A stretch of DNA of 51,332 bases from Candidatus Kaiserbacteria bacterium (GTDB taxonomy: Bacteria; Patescibacteriota; Minisyncoccia; Phycocordibacterales; UBA2100): the NCBI GenBank assembly GCA_016214605.1, contig JACROD010000018.1, forward strand, positions 1 through 51,332, in the 5' to 3' direction. Position numbers and translations under genes: made by a program. The number at the start of each line of letters is the position of its first letter. Position 1 is the first letter of the stretch. The notes under the pieces were generated by a model. That model was not told the origin of the DNA. It ran no database searches and saw only the letters and a list, made by a program, of their open reading frames with translations. Positions 8,768 to 18,906 of the stretch are shown here, in pieces.

Positions 8768-10588
8768 TTACAGGGTAATGCGATACTGCTTCGCCCAGGA
8801 CTGGAAGACCATGAGTGCCCAGAGCATGGTGAGGTGATACTCGCTCGAATCCTGATGCCCTTTGAGCATCGCCTCGATCTCGTCCCACTGGAAGAGATCA
8901 CGCGTCGCTTCGCAGTATGAGGGAGAAAGTATCTCGCGCGCGAGCGCGCCGAAGCGCTCGTGGCGAAGCCACCTGCCAGCAGGCGGAAACCATCCGCGCT
9001 TAGGCTCGCTATAGAGATACTCGGGCAATCTGCCGCGGAAGGCGCGCTTGAGCATGCGCTTGGACTGTGTGAGGGTGAGTTTCTGCGAGCGCGGTATGCG
9101 CGCCGCAAAGGCGACAACTTCGTTGTCGAGAAAAGGCACGCGCGCTTCTACACCCGCCGACATCGACATCTTGTCAGTCTGCATGAGACTTTCGTCGACG
9201 AGCCAGGACCGCCGATCGACATCCATGAATATATCTTCGAAACTCCCCTTCATGGGCTTCGCAAAGAATTTGTCCTTGAAAAAGGAGCGCGTCACGTCGA
9301 GCTGGGTCCCAGACCGGAGCACCCGCGTGAGCACATCGTCCTTCTGAAAGAGAAACCGAGCAAAACGATCAACTCCCGGCGCGGTATCGAGCTTTCCAAC
9401 CTTACTATTGAGTCGATCTCCGATCGCGCGCAGCGGCGGCGGCAACATGCGGTAATACGAGGAGAGCAGACTCAATCGGTAGCGCTCATATCCGCCAAAG
9501 AGCTCGTCTCCGCCGTCGCCGCCACAAACGACCGTGGCCAGGGGCTTGGTGAAATGGGCGAGGCACATCATCGGGATCGCAGTCGTATTACCGGTGGGCT
9601 CGTCGAGGTGCCACACCATTCTTTCAAAAATCTCCGCAACATCGTCGCTAGAGAGCATCACCTCGTGATGTGTCGCACCATAGTATTCGGCAGTGCGACG
9701 GGCGAGTGCTTGGTCGGTGTTGTATTTCTCGGGCGTCTCGTCAGCATCAAGTGTGAAGCCCGTACTAAAGGTATTGATGGAGCTACGTACTCGCGAAGCA
9801 CTGTCGAGGATGATCGACGAATCGAACCCTCCCGATAGGTAAATACCAAGCGGACGGTCTGATACAAGCTGGCGCGTGACGGCGGCATCGATCACCTCGC
9901 GCAGTGCCGTATCGGTGATCCTGCCTGTATACGCACCATGCGCAGGATCGACGAACGACCGCATGGACATGACGCCGCCCTGGAGCGTGAGCATATGCCC
10001 GGGCTCGAGCTTCTTGATCTGCCTAAACATGGTATGCGGTGCGGGCACATAGAGCACGCGCAGGTAGTGCACGAGCGATTCGCGATCGAGCTCGCGCGCG
10101 ATGTCGTGATCGAGAATCGCTTTGATCTCGGAAGAAAATATCAGCCGCTTGCCGTCGGAGTGATAATAGAGCGGTTTGACGCCGCCGCGATCGCGCGCGA
10201 GGATGAGCTTCTTCTGGGCAGCATCCCAGATCGCAAAAGCAAAGATGCCGTTAAGCCGGGTAAAGGCATCAGTCCCCCATTTCTGATATGCGGCGAGGAT
10301 CACCTCGGTATCACCCATAGTCTTGTACGGATAATCGGCGAGCTCTTTTTTTAATTCTTGAAAATTGTAGATCTCGCCGTTGAAGACGATTGTCGTATTG
10401 CCATCGGCGCTCGTCATCGGCTGAGCGGCCTCGGGCCGCAGGTCGATGATCGCGAGCCTATTGTGCCCGAGCGATACACCACCCCCACAATACGCACCCG
10501 TCCCATCGGGACCGCGATGCTTGGTGGTATCGTTCATCTTGTCGATGAGCTCACGCTCTTCCCAATTGAATCCGTTAATTCCACACAT
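8768..10588 (-). CDS. asnB: Asparagine synthase (glutamine-hydrolysing) family amidotransferase
   Basis: N-terminal MCGING, HRGPD, FNGEIYN, LSGGFDSS, GDGGDELFGGY, EARVPFLD. Confidence 0.95.
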   Translation of the reverse strand: MCGINGFNWEERELIDKMNDTTKHRGPDGTGAYCGGGVSLGHNRLAIIDLRPEAAQPMTSADGNTTIVFNGEIYNFQELKKELADYPYKTMGDTEVILAAYQKWGTDAFTRLNGIFAFAIWDAAQKKLILARDRGGVKPLYYHSDGKRLIFSSEIKAILDHDIARELDRESLVHYLRVLYVPAPHTMFRQIKKLEPGHMLTLQGGVMSMRSFVDPAHGAYTGRITDTALREVIDAAVTRQLVSDRPLGIYLSGGFDSSIILDSASRVRSSINTFSTGFTLDADETPEKYNTDQALARRTAEYYGATHHEVMLSSDDVAEIFERMVWHLDEPTGNTTAIPMMCLAHFTKPLATVVCGGDGGDELFGGYERYRLSLLSSYYRMLPPPLRAIGDRLNSKVGKLDTAPGVDRFARFLFQKDDVLTRVLRSGTQLDVTRSFFKDKFFAKPMKGSFEDIFMDVDRRSWLVDESLMQTDKMSMSAGVEARVPFLDNEVVAFAARIPRSQKLTLTQSKRMLKRAFRGRLPEYLYSEPKRGWFPPAGRWLRHERFGALAREILSPSYCEATRDLFQWDEIEAMLKGHQDSSEYHLTMLWALMVFQSWAKQYRITL

Positions 10589-10620
10589 AAATAATCTTAG
10601 GCGACCATATAGAGTTGGTC

Positions 10621-11628
10621 TTATTTTCCATGGACAATATATTCATTGAGACGAGTGATGAGTGCTCGTAGTCCGTGACGACTTTCAACAATAGCGCGCA
10701 GATCGTTGTTTTTATATGTATTGATCTTTTGTGACAATATCAACTGAGCTACGCTCTCGGGTGTATCTTTTTCAGGATACACGTCTATGCCGATGGCCTG
10801 CGCATTGCCTTTTGTCGTTATGGGAAACACGCCAAAAAGCATCCCTTCAAGCATGGTTTTATCAATGGTTTCTGATGCCATGTTGATCATTATGGAGTAT
10901 TTAGGGTAAACATATTTTAAGTCCCCCATAGGAACCGGGCCCATAAAATGCACGCGTGATTCGAGGTTTTCTTTTTTCACGAGCGCGAGTAACTCTTTAT
11001 AATATTCTTGATCCACCGGTCGACCGTACACAGTAAGTGAGTACTGGCTTGGTAACAGTGCGATGGCGTGAATTGCGATGTCCAGTCGTTTTGAACGACT
11101 CAGTCTGTGAACCGAAATGATCTCATGGACTGATTTTGTAACAGGATGTGTGTCCACTTCCGACAACCAATACTGAGTGTCAATTCCATGACCGGTAACG
11201 ACTTTTTTGGGATTTCCATCGTATTGAGGCATGCTTTGTGAAGTGGCGGCAAACATTTTCCTAGCGAATATCCCTGCCAACCACAGATGTATATGCATAG
11301 TGTAGTGGGTATACCATATATAGAGAGGCTTCTTAGTGAGCCACCACCATCCGCCAAGCGTTACATATTCCATATTCATATGAACGAATACCGCATCATA
11401 CTCCAAAGAAAAAATGAGCTTAAAAAAGCGCATTATGCGGGTAAACAGACCCGCTCCGCGTTCCTTATATAACGAATGTACCGGGAATGAATCGTCAAAT
11501 ACGCCTTTTTCAAGACAAATGACCTGAACATCTACCCCTTGCCGAATAAATTCCTGCACCCACAAAATAGTGAACGCAAGGTCATCATCATCTTTGTGTA
11601 TTTTCTGTGTGATGAAAAGCAGACGCAT
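10621..11628 (-). CDS. Glycosyltransferase family 4
   Basis: MRLLFITQ start just after the upstream stop; HRLSRSKR and ETIDKTMLEGM motifs. Confidence 0.85.
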   Translation of the reverse strand: MRLLFITQKIHKDDDDLAFTILWVQEFIRQGVDVQVICLEKGVFDDSFPVHSLYKERGAGLFTRIMRFFKLIFSLEYDAVFVHMNMEYVTLGGWWWLTKKPLYIWYTHYTMHIHLWLAGIFARKMFAATSQSMPQYDGNPKKVVTGHGIDTQYWLSEVDTHPVTKSVHEIISVHRLSRSKRLDIAIHAIALLPSQYSLTVYGRPVDQEYYKELLALVKKENLESRVHFMGPVPMGDLKYVYPKYSIMINMASETIDKTMLEGMLFGVFPITTKGNAQAIGIDVYPEKDTPESVAQLILSQKINTYKNNDLRAIVESRHGLRALITRLNEYIVHGK

Positions 11629-11629
11629 A

Positions 11630-12463
11630 TTAATTGTCACCGTATACCCCATATAATAAATCAAGATCTTTTTTTGAAATCTTTAGCAAACTGATATTTT
11701 TTTGTTCAGCGGCTTCGAGGAAGGCCAGACCATCAACATCATTAACATGTTCCGCAAAAAATCCACGGAGCGCCGCCATATCTTTGATCAAACAATGCCC
11801 TCCGGCACCGCGACCGCTTTTATGAATAGGGTTTGCGAATCTACTGGGAATATTTGGATCGGCGCGCATCGCCTGCAAGATCGGTCCCCAATCCGCGCCA
11901 AGTTTTTGCGCAAGATCATAAAACACATTGAACGTCATGATATCAATATATCCCGAAACATTCTGTGCATATTTTATTAACTCAGCTTCCGTGCTGGTAC
12001 ATATAATAGACGCAGCCGCCTTAGGTAGCAGCGAAAGCACCTGTTCTGCAGCCTCACGATGCACGACGTGTGTCTTCGAATAACCAACAATATTAGAATA
12101 GGGATGTGCGGCATCTTCTGCTGCAGTAACTTCACGCAAAAATTCAGGTGAAAATAGAAATACAAATTGCGGGTATTTCGCCTGAAACTGCTCGGTCATC
12201 CCCGGTAGGATTGTCGACTTAATAACCACAATTGCGCCATCCTTTATAAGTGAGAACGTTCCTTCCAATATTTCTGCATTAAATCCTTTTGGAGTACTCG
12301 GCGTCGGGACGGCAATGAACACAACATCGCATTCCTTAATGCGCGATTTATTTTTTATATAGGGTTCCTCAAGCGAATAGCGAACTACAGAAAAACCCCG
12401 ATTTTCAAAATCATTGGCATAATTTTTCCCTACATATCCTTGTCCAATAAAACCTATGAGCAT
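11630..12463 (-). CDS. UDP-glucose/GDP-mannose dehydrogenase family protein (lacks C-terminal domain)
   Basis: GFIGQGYVG, IAVPTP, IKST, FSPEFLRE, GAGGHCLIKD; only 277 aa. Confidence 0.85.
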   Translation of the reverse strand: MLIGFIGQGYVGKNYANDFENRGFSVVRYSLEEPYIKNKSRIKECDVVFIAVPTPSTPKGFNAEILEGTFSLIKDGAIVVIKSTILPGMTEQFQAKYPQFVFLFSPEFLREVTAAEDAAHPYSNIVGYSKTHVVHREAAEQVLSLLPKAAASIICTSTEAELIKYAQNVSGYIDIMTFNVFYDLAQKLGADWGPILQAMRADPNIPSRFANPIHKSGRGAGGHCLIKDMAALRGFFAEHVNDVDGLAFLEAAEQKNISLLKISKKDLDLLYGVYGDN

Positions 12464-12467
12464 AAAT

Positions 12468-13625
12468 TTATTTGCGGTTTAAGTAATCAATACACAACGA
12501 AACGATTTTTTCCGCCGCATGACCATCGCCATACGGGTTTACTGCCTCAGACATTGAAGCATAAAAACCGGGATCAGTCAGTAATTGCGAGCCTAGGGAG
12601 ACAATTTTCTCATTATCGGTACCAACAATAACAGCATTCCCGGTCCTGACACCTTCAGGACGCTCTGTAACTGCACGTGTAACCAGTATTGGTTTTCCCA
12701 AAGATGGAGCCTCTTCTTGGATACCCCCAGAATCAGTAATGATAAAAGTGGAACGCTTCATGATCCACACAAACGGTATGTAGCTCAACGGCTTTAAAAG
12801 ATAGATATTGGGCAATTGATCAACTTGTAAAACACTGTTTGCAGCATTCTGCACTTCGGGATTTAGATGCACAGGATACACGAAGTCGACATCTGGAAAT
12901 TCTTTGGCAAGCGTATAAATTGCTTTGCAAATCCTCTCCAGCCCCCCGCCAAAACTCTCTCTCCTATGCCCGGTAATAAGCACGACTTTGCGTGTTGAAT
13001 CAAAGATTGAAGGCGGTAGTATCTGTTTTAGTACATCCTCCTGCGTCGATGCATACATGAGCGCATAGTTCAGAGCGTCAATCACTGTATTGCCTGTTAT
13101 AAAAATATCTTTTTGAGAAACTCCTTCTTTAATGAGAGCTTCTTGAGCATGTTCTGTGGGGGCAAAGTGTAGCGTACTGAGACGGCTTGTAAGCACACGA
13201 TACCCCTCCTCAGGCCACGGCGCGGTAAGATCGTAAGTGCGCAAACCTGCCTCAATATGTCCAAAAGGAATTTTTTTATAAAAACATGAAAGAGCAGTCA
13301 CAAAAACAGTCGTTGTGTCTCCTTCAGCCAATACGAGATCAGGCTTTACCGTATCTAAATAGTCACTCATCGAAGTGAGCAGGGTGGCAGTAAGTTCTGA
13401 AAGATTTTGATGGTGCTTCATGACAGAAAGATCCACATCAGGATTGATATTGAATATTTCTAATACTTGATCGAGCATTTCTCTATGTTGACCAGTGACA
13501 CAAATGTGAAATGCGATATCATCTTGATTTCGCAACACATGCACAATAGGAGCGATTTTTATCGCTTCTGGTCGTGTACCAAAAACTAGTGAGATGAGTT
13601 TTTTTCTTTTCATGTTCTCATGCAT
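12468..13625 (-). CDS. wecB: UDP-N-acetylglucosamine 2-epimerase (non-hydrolysing)
   Basis: FGTRPEAIK, TGQHREML, HIEAGLRT, TGHRRESFG, TDSGGIQEEAP. Confidence 0.95.
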   Translation of the reverse strand: MHENMKRKKLISLVFGTRPEAIKIAPIVHVLRNQDDIAFHICVTGQHREMLDQVLEIFNINPDVDLSVMKHHQNLSELTATLLTSMSDYLDTVKPDLVLAEGDTTTVFVTALSCFYKKIPFGHIEAGLRTYDLTAPWPEEGYRVLTSRLSTLHFAPTEHAQEALIKEGVSQKDIFITGNTVIDALNYALMYASTQEDVLKQILPPSIFDSTRKVVLITGHRRESFGGGLERICKAIYTLAKEFPDVDFVYPVHLNPEVQNAANSVLQVDQLPNIYLLKPLSYIPFVWIMKRSTFIITDSGGIQEEAPSLGKPILVTRAVTERPEGVRTGNAVIVGTDNEKIVSLGSQLLTDPGFYASMSEAVNPYGDGHAAEKIVSLCIDYLNRK

Positions 13626-13793
13626 ATCATACTATGATTTACTCAAACGACCTCGTAACTCGCAGACTGTTTACTTGTGAAATCCACGGGCGCTGTTTAC
13701 ATTTCAACCGATACAATGCAGAATAAGAAACATAGCCGCAGTTTCTTATGTAGTATCAAATCGTCGATACTTGATGAGTCATCGCATACGAGA

Positions 13794-14627
13794 TCATGAT
13801 TTGTGTCGACCAAAATCGTCTTCGAGGCGCACGATGTCATTTTCGTCGAATTCGCCTATCGCGATCTCGATCAGGACACCACCCTTCTTGGATTCGAGCC
13901 GATGGATCGTACCGAGCGGCACATGGAAGAGCTCGTTCTTGACCAGTTTGGTCTGTGTGAGTGTGCGGCCATTGGTACCCGTGGTCGCAGTGGCATCACC
14001 CTCGACGAGCATCCAGTATTCGCTGCGCTGATTGTGGTATTGCAGGCTCAAGCGCTTTTTGGGTTTGATGTGGAGGGTCTTGAGGTACCACTGCGTACCT
14101 CGATTCCACCCATAAAATTCTCCCCATGGTCGCACGCCGCGTACGCTCGCACGGATCGCATCGCGTACCATCCACGAAGACGACTGCACCTTGCCGCCTT
14201 GGCCGACACCAAAGACCATTTCAATGCCGCATTCTTTGCAGGCAAGCTGATCGGCATTCAAAGATGACGCCGGATTCTTCGCGTCTTTGGTGTCTCGATC
14301 GCCACCATTGGCATAGATCGCGGGCTTGAGCTTGCGGAGCGCGCGTGCGACCGATCGATCAGGGTCGCTTGGCTTGTGGTCGGTAAAGACTACCTTGTCG
14401 ACGAATGGGAACGCACCGATCAGCTCGGCGCGCTCTGCTTGCGGCATAAAAACGAAGCCTTTTTTGTTGCGCAGCCAGTTGTCGTTGTTGAGTATGACCA
14501 CGAGCTTGTCGCCCAACTTGCGCGCCTCCTGAAGCATACGCACATGCCCGATATGGAGCGGATCGAAGCCGCCCGACACCGCGACCCATTTGACGGGAGC
14601 ATTTTGAGTGGTCTTTTTGACTGCCAT
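13794..14627 (-). CDS. Cytidylyltransferase-like domain fused to a mannose-6-phosphate-isomerase-type cupin
   Basis: SGGFDPLHIGH (HIGH), ANGGDR, SSS; C-terminal RPWG…RLSLQYHNQRSEYW…DIVRLEDDFGR. Confidence 0.88.
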   Translation of the reverse strand: MAVKKTTQNAPVKWVAVSGGFDPLHIGHVRMLQEARKLGDKLVVILNNDNWLRNKKGFVFMPQAERAELIGAFPFVDKVVFTDHKPSDPDRSVARALRKLKPAIYANGGDRDTKDAKNPASSLNADQLACKECGIEMVFGVGQGGKVQSSSWMVRDAIRASVRGVRPWGEFYGWNRGTQWYLKTLHIKPKKRLSLQYHNQRSEYWMLVEGDATATTGTNGRTLTQTKLVKNELFHVPLGTIHRLESKKGGVLIEIAIGEFDENDIVRLEDDFGRHKS

Positions 14628-14741
14628 AGATAATCTCACAATATCACCGAATCCAGAGTGAGGCGAGTATCTACAGCGTACACAAAACGACCTTCGTCAA
14701 GTAGTCGGGCCCAAAACTATCGTGATACAATCGCTCCACTT

Positions 14742-16007
14742 ATGGGAGCCGTCTTGAAGCGAAATACCTGCCGCATATCGGGCGAGCCACTCATCCCACT
14801 CTTTTCGCTCGGTGATCTCTATCTTTCCGGCTTCTTGCCAAAAGACGCACAACCTACTCTTTCCCAAAAAGTCCCGCTCGAAATGATGCTCGCACCAAGC
14901 TCAGGCCTCGTCCAGCTCGCACATACCGCGCCGTCGGACGAGATGTACCGCGAATACTGGTACCGTTCGGACACCAATGAATCGATGGTCGAAGAGCTCA
15001 AGCAGATCGCCACGTCGACCGCCAAACAAATGCGCGTCGGCAAAAGCGATCTCTGGATCGACATCGGCTGCAACGACGGCACACTCCTCTCGCATGTACC
15101 AAAAGAAGTGATTCGCATCGGCTATGATCCCAACGACTACAAAGAGATCTCGCAGAAGCATGCGAATCTTATCGTGAATGACTATTTCAACGCCGAAGCT
15201 TTTCGCACATCACCGTACAAAGATAAGCGCGCCAAGGTCATCACCTCGATCGCAATGTTTTACGATCTCGAAGATCCGCACACTTTTGTACAGGATATCT
15301 ATGATGTGCTCGACGACGACGGCATCTGGGTCATGCAGATGAGCTACTTGCCGCTCATGCTCAAACAGCTCGCCTTCGACAACATCTGCCACGAACACCT
15401 CAAATACTACAGCCTGAGCGCGCTCAAATTCCTCGTCGACTCGCACGATCTTGAGATCGTCGATTGCCAACTCAACGATGTGAACGGTGGCAGTTTCCGT
15501 GTCTATATGCGCAAGGCCAGTGCCGACCCGACCACATTTGCATCCGCTCCCTATCGCGACGTCGCCGAGTATCGTGTACAGTCGATTCTTGCATACGAAA
15601 AAGAACTTCGACTCACTGATCCGCAGACCTACCTGGATTTCTATCAGCGATCCTGCGACCTGCGCGATGAGACCTTGCAATTCCTCCGCACCGAAAAGGC
15701 CAAGGGCAAGAAGATCTGGGGCTACGGCGCCTCGACCAAGGGCAATACGCTCCTCCAGTGGTGGGGCATCGACAACCGCCTCCTCGACGGCATCGCAGAG
15801 CGCCAGCCTGCCAAATATGGCCTCAAGACCATCGGCACCAACATCCCGATCGCATCCGACGAAGACATGCGCAAGGCCAAGCCTGATTACCTCTTCGTGC
15901 TCCCGTGGCACTTCATCGAATCGTTCGTCCGCCGCGAACAAGACTTCCTCAAAGGAGGCGGTGCCTTCATCGTCCCCTGCCCGAGATTCGAGGTGATCCG
16001 CGGATGA
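14742..16007 (+). CDS. NDP-hexose C-methyltransferase family (class I SAM)
   Basis: DIGCNDGTLL, FDNICHEH, VNGGS, GYGASTKGNTLL and VLPWHF motifs. Confidence 0.88.
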   Translation: MGAVLKRNTCRISGEPLIPLFSLGDLYLSGFLPKDAQPTLSQKVPLEMMLAPSSGLVQLAHTAPSDEMYREYWYRSDTNESMVEELKQIATSTAKQMRVGKSDLWIDIGCNDGTLLSHVPKEVIRIGYDPNDYKEISQKHANLIVNDYFNAEAFRTSPYKDKRAKVITSIAMFYDLEDPHTFVQDIYDVLDDDGIWVMQMSYLPLMLKQLAFDNICHEHLKYYSLSALKFLVDSHDLEIVDCQLNDVNGGSFRVYMRKASADPTTFASAPYRDVAEYRVQSILAYEKELRLTDPQTYLDFYQRSCDLRDETLQFLRTEKAKGKKIWGYGASTKGNTLLQWWGIDNRLLDGIAERQPAKYGLKTIGTNIPIASDEDMRKAKPDYLFVLPWHFIESFVRREQDFLKGGGAFIVPCPRFEVIRG

Positions 16008-16044
16008 TGTTCTGAGGATCGAAAACACGGAGTATATTCATATC

Positions 16045-16686
16045 ATGACAAACTCTACCCTCTTCCTTTTTGTCCGGCATGGGCAGGCGGAAGGAAACGT
16101 ATCGGATCTTGTCTTGGGGACACAAGAGTCTCCATTGACTGATCTCGGCCGCAAACAAGCACTCGAGCGCACCACCGCGATAAAACATCTCAACCTTATC
16201 GCCGTGTACTCATCAGACCTAAACAGAGCATTGGAGACGGCTACGATCATCGGAAATGAGGTTAGGGTCGTACCGATCATTGATCGGCTTCTACGCGAAC
16301 GCTTTGTCGGTGATGCGCTTCAAGGACGCACGAATGAAGAGGTCAAATTGTTGCTCACAGATGAATACCAACGACTCCAGGGAATGAGGCTGGCCGATCA
16401 GCTCGACTATCGCTATTCAATGGCCCCCGATGCCGAAACACCACGAGAAGCCGTTGATCGACTCCTATTATTTATGACCAAGAGGAGTCTCCAATACCAT
16501 GACAGTGATGGACCAATCGTATGCGTGACACATGGCGCGATACTAGGTAACTTCCTGGCACTCTTCGGTAAAATTCGCTTTGAAGGGATCTTTGGAGCTG
16601 CCGCGATCGGCAACGCCGAAGTGTGCGCTGTCACGTTTGATCGCTCGACCAACGAGATCGTGGACATCACACTCAATCTTTCGTAA
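16045..16686 (+). CDS. Histidine phosphatase (phosphoglycerate mutase family)
   Basis: VRHGQ, YSSDLNRALETA, LRE and VTHG motifs. Confidence 0.9.
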   Translation: MTNSTLFLFVRHGQAEGNVSDLVLGTQESPLTDLGRKQALERTTAIKHLNLIAVYSSDLNRALETATIIGNEVRVVPIIDRLLRERFVGDALQGRTNEEVKLLLTDEYQRLQGMRLADQLDYRYSMAPDAETPREAVDRLLLFMTKRSLQYHDSDGPIVCVTHGAILGNFLALFGKIRFEGIFGAAAIGNAEVCAVTFDRSTNEIVDITLNLS

Positions 16687-16694
16687 ATCCATCC

Positions 16695-16728
16695 AAAGCC
16701 GCAGGCGACCCCTGCGGCGCTTTTTTAT
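16695..16728 (+). terminator. Intrinsic terminator, near-identical to 18866-18889
   Basis: GCCGCAGG-CGACC-CCTGCGGC followed by a T-run. Confidence 0.8.
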
Positions 16729-16757
16729 TTGACAACGACACATTTTTAGTATATGGT
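16729..16757 (+). promoter_or_regulatory. sigma70-type promoter for the SDR gene
   Basis: TTGACA-17 nt-TATGGT, then AGGAG before ATG 16792. Confidence 0.6.
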
Positions 16758-16791
16758 TTTCTTTAGAAAAATCGAACTACAGGAGCAGCGG

Positions 16792-17625
16792 ATGGTGGCA
16801 AACTATCCTACCCAGACTACAGACACGGTCTTCAACTTCAAGGATAAAGTCGTGGTGATCACCGGCGGCGTGTCGGGGATTGGCAGGGCTACTGCAGAGA
16901 TGTTCGCCAAAGCCGATGCAAACGTGGCGGTGCTCGACCTCGATGACACGGAAGGCAAGGTCTTCGCGGAAGACGTCGGGATGTTCATACATACGGATGT
17001 GTCCCATGAAATAGATGTTGCTCGTGCAATACAGACAGTAGTCGCCACCTTCGAGCGAATCGATGTCCTCGTAAACAACGCGGGTATCGAATTCAACGAC
17101 CGTGGCAACTTGATCGACATGCCTCGTGAGGACATGCGGCGGATCATTGAGGTGAACCTCTTCGGGTACATTAATATGGTCCGCGCTTGCGTGCCACATA
17201 TGCGCCCCGGTAGCAAGATCGTCAACGTGAGCTCTGTGCAAGGACTCGCGGCACATGCGCCAGGTACGAGCTATCAAATCGCGAAATCCTCTATCCTTGG
17301 ATTGACTCATTCGCTCGCTATCGAGCTCGCGCCCAAAGGAATCAATGTCAACACTGTCATCCCTGGGGCGATCAAGACCGAAGGTATGGGAGCGGTACGT
17401 GCGAGCAGTTCTTCTATTCTCGATCCGTATCGCAGACGCATTCCGCTCGCACGGCGCGGATGGGCCGCAGAAGTAGCCGGTCCTATCCTCTTCTTGTCGT
17501 CGAGCCTTGCAAACTATATGACGGGAAGCACTTTGGTCGTTGACGGCGGATATCTGATCAATCTCACGCCGGATATGGGTGGTGAAGTGCCGACCCATGG
17601 ACAAGCGGAAGACCCAGATCTTTGA
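16792..17625 (+). CDS. Short-chain dehydrogenase/reductase (SDR)
   Basis: TGGVSGIG, NNAG, YQIAK and VVDGG motifs. Confidence 0.92.
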   Translation: MVANYPTQTTDTVFNFKDKVVVITGGVSGIGRATAEMFAKADANVAVLDLDDTEGKVFAEDVGMFIHTDVSHEIDVARAIQTVVATFERIDVLVNNAGIEFNDRGNLIDMPREDMRRIIEVNLFGYINMVRACVPHMRPGSKIVNVSSVQGLAAHAPGTSYQIAKSSILGLTHSLAIELAPKGINVNTVIPGAIKTEGMGAVRASSSSILDPYRRRIPLARRGWAAEVAGPILFLSSSLANYMTGSTLVVDGGYLINLTPDMGGEVPTHGQAEDPDL

Positions 17626-17638
17626 TCAGGAAAAATTG

Positions 17639-17682
17639 AGAGCCTCGCACAGAATCATCTGCGTGAGGCTCTTTTCTTTTTT
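17639..17682. terminator. Bidirectional terminator
   Basis: AGAGCCTC…GAGGCTCT hairpin plus T-run, between convergent genes. Confidence 0.7.
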
Positions 17683-17697
17683 AGGATCACACCGTGA

Positions 17698-18102
17698 TTA
17701 GTGTCCGTTACGATTTCCGCGACCAAAATTTTCGAGCTCGGATAACGAATACGGCAATGGATCTGAACCTAATGGGACCCATGTGCACTCTTGTGCTTCG
17801 AAACTTGCTTGAAGAAAATCCGCACCAGCCTCAAGATCGCGTCTATTGAGCAGAAAGTTGACTTCATAGGGATTGCCGAGACCATCGTCGACAGTAGCCT
17901 TGAACAACACCCCCGAACAGCTCCCGATCATAAGTGTCTTCCACTGGGTTTCGATAATGCCGGCACAGAAGTCGCTCCGTATAGCTACGCAATCCCTTTT
18001 AGAAAGATGTAGATCGCACGCCGTCATCTGGAGCGCCTGCTGCACCTTTTCGTCGACCATACCCGGTCCACCTCGGACCATTACACATACCAATGAACTC
18101 AT
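17698..18102 (-). CDS. Hypothetical protein
   Basis: Fills the intergenic gap; AAAGGAG SD upstream; no recognised motif. Confidence 0.6.
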   Translation of the reverse strand: MSSLVCVMVRGGPGMVDEKVQQALQMTACDLHLSKRDCVAIRSDFCAGIIETQWKTLMIGSCSGVLFKATVDDGLGNPYEVNFLLNRRDLEAGADFLQASFEAQECTWVPLGSDPLPYSLSELENFGRGNRNGH

Positions 18103-18245
18103 CACCTTACTCCTTTCCGGACAGATCAAGCGATCTTTCTTTTACCATAAAAATGGTACGATTGCAAGTCACTCGATATTGACTTCTCATACTCATATGA
18201 TATCATATTTTTAGACACAGGGATGTTGCTGAGTAGCAAGGAAAG

Positions 18246-18854
18246 GTGGGAAAGATGCATATATCTCCTCTGCACGCAGCCGACGGATCTTTGGATCCGG
18301 AGGTAAACGTAAGAGCACGAACAGTGATCAAAGAGAAATTCATCCGGCCTGATGATGCGACCTACACGGGAATCCTCCGTGGTACTGTCCGCAACTGCGT
18401 GGATGTGATGGTGCTCGATGATCACAATCATGCCCTTATGGGCTTTCGCGTCAACGAACCATGGAAGGGGCATTGGCATCCTTCGGGAGGCGGGCAAGTG
18501 CCTGGCGACAGCTACCACGAGACTGGGGCACTTCATCTGAAGCGCGATCTCGGTCTCATCGTGGATCCGGCAAGGCTTCACTTCGTCAACAGTGCCTCAT
18601 TCCCATGGAGCACGTCGGCGCAGGGCGTCCCGTGCCATATGAATGGGATTCTCATGGTCGTGCATCTCGAAGACATCGAGCTACGCGAACGAAGCATCCC
18701 TCAAAAGGGTGACTTCGCGAAATCTGGTTTCTTCCCGCTCACCGCGGTGACAGGAGAAAACGGCTTTCATCCGGCGATCGCGCTTGGTGCGCGGATGATC
18801 ATCCGCAACAAACAGAAAGGCCGCTTGGGCACGATCGATCCTGATCTTCTGTGA
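18246..18854 (+). CDS. NUDIX hydrolase, GDP-mannose mannosyl hydrolase-like (degenerate box)
   Basis: RVNEPWKGHWHPSGG…LKRDLGL; adjacent to the gmd genes; TTGACT-16-TATCAT upstream. Confidence 0.65.
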   Translation: MGKMHISPLHAADGSLDPEVNVRARTVIKEKFIRPDDATYTGILRGTVRNCVDVMVLDDHNHALMGFRVNEPWKGHWHPSGGGQVPGDSYHETGALHLKRDLGLIVDPARLHFVNSASFPWSTSAQGVPCHMNGILMVVHLEDIELRERSIPQKGDFAKSGFFPLTAVTGENGFHPAIALGARMIIRNKQKGRLGTIDPDLL

Positions 18855-18865
18855 AAGAAGTGACG

Positions 18866-18901
18866 AAAGCCGCGGGCGACCCCTGCGGCTTTTTATTTTT
18901 T
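18866..18901 (+). terminator. Intrinsic terminator
   Basis: GCCGCGGG-CGACC-CCTGCGGC followed by a T-run. Confidence 0.8.
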
Positions 18902-18906
18902 GCAAA

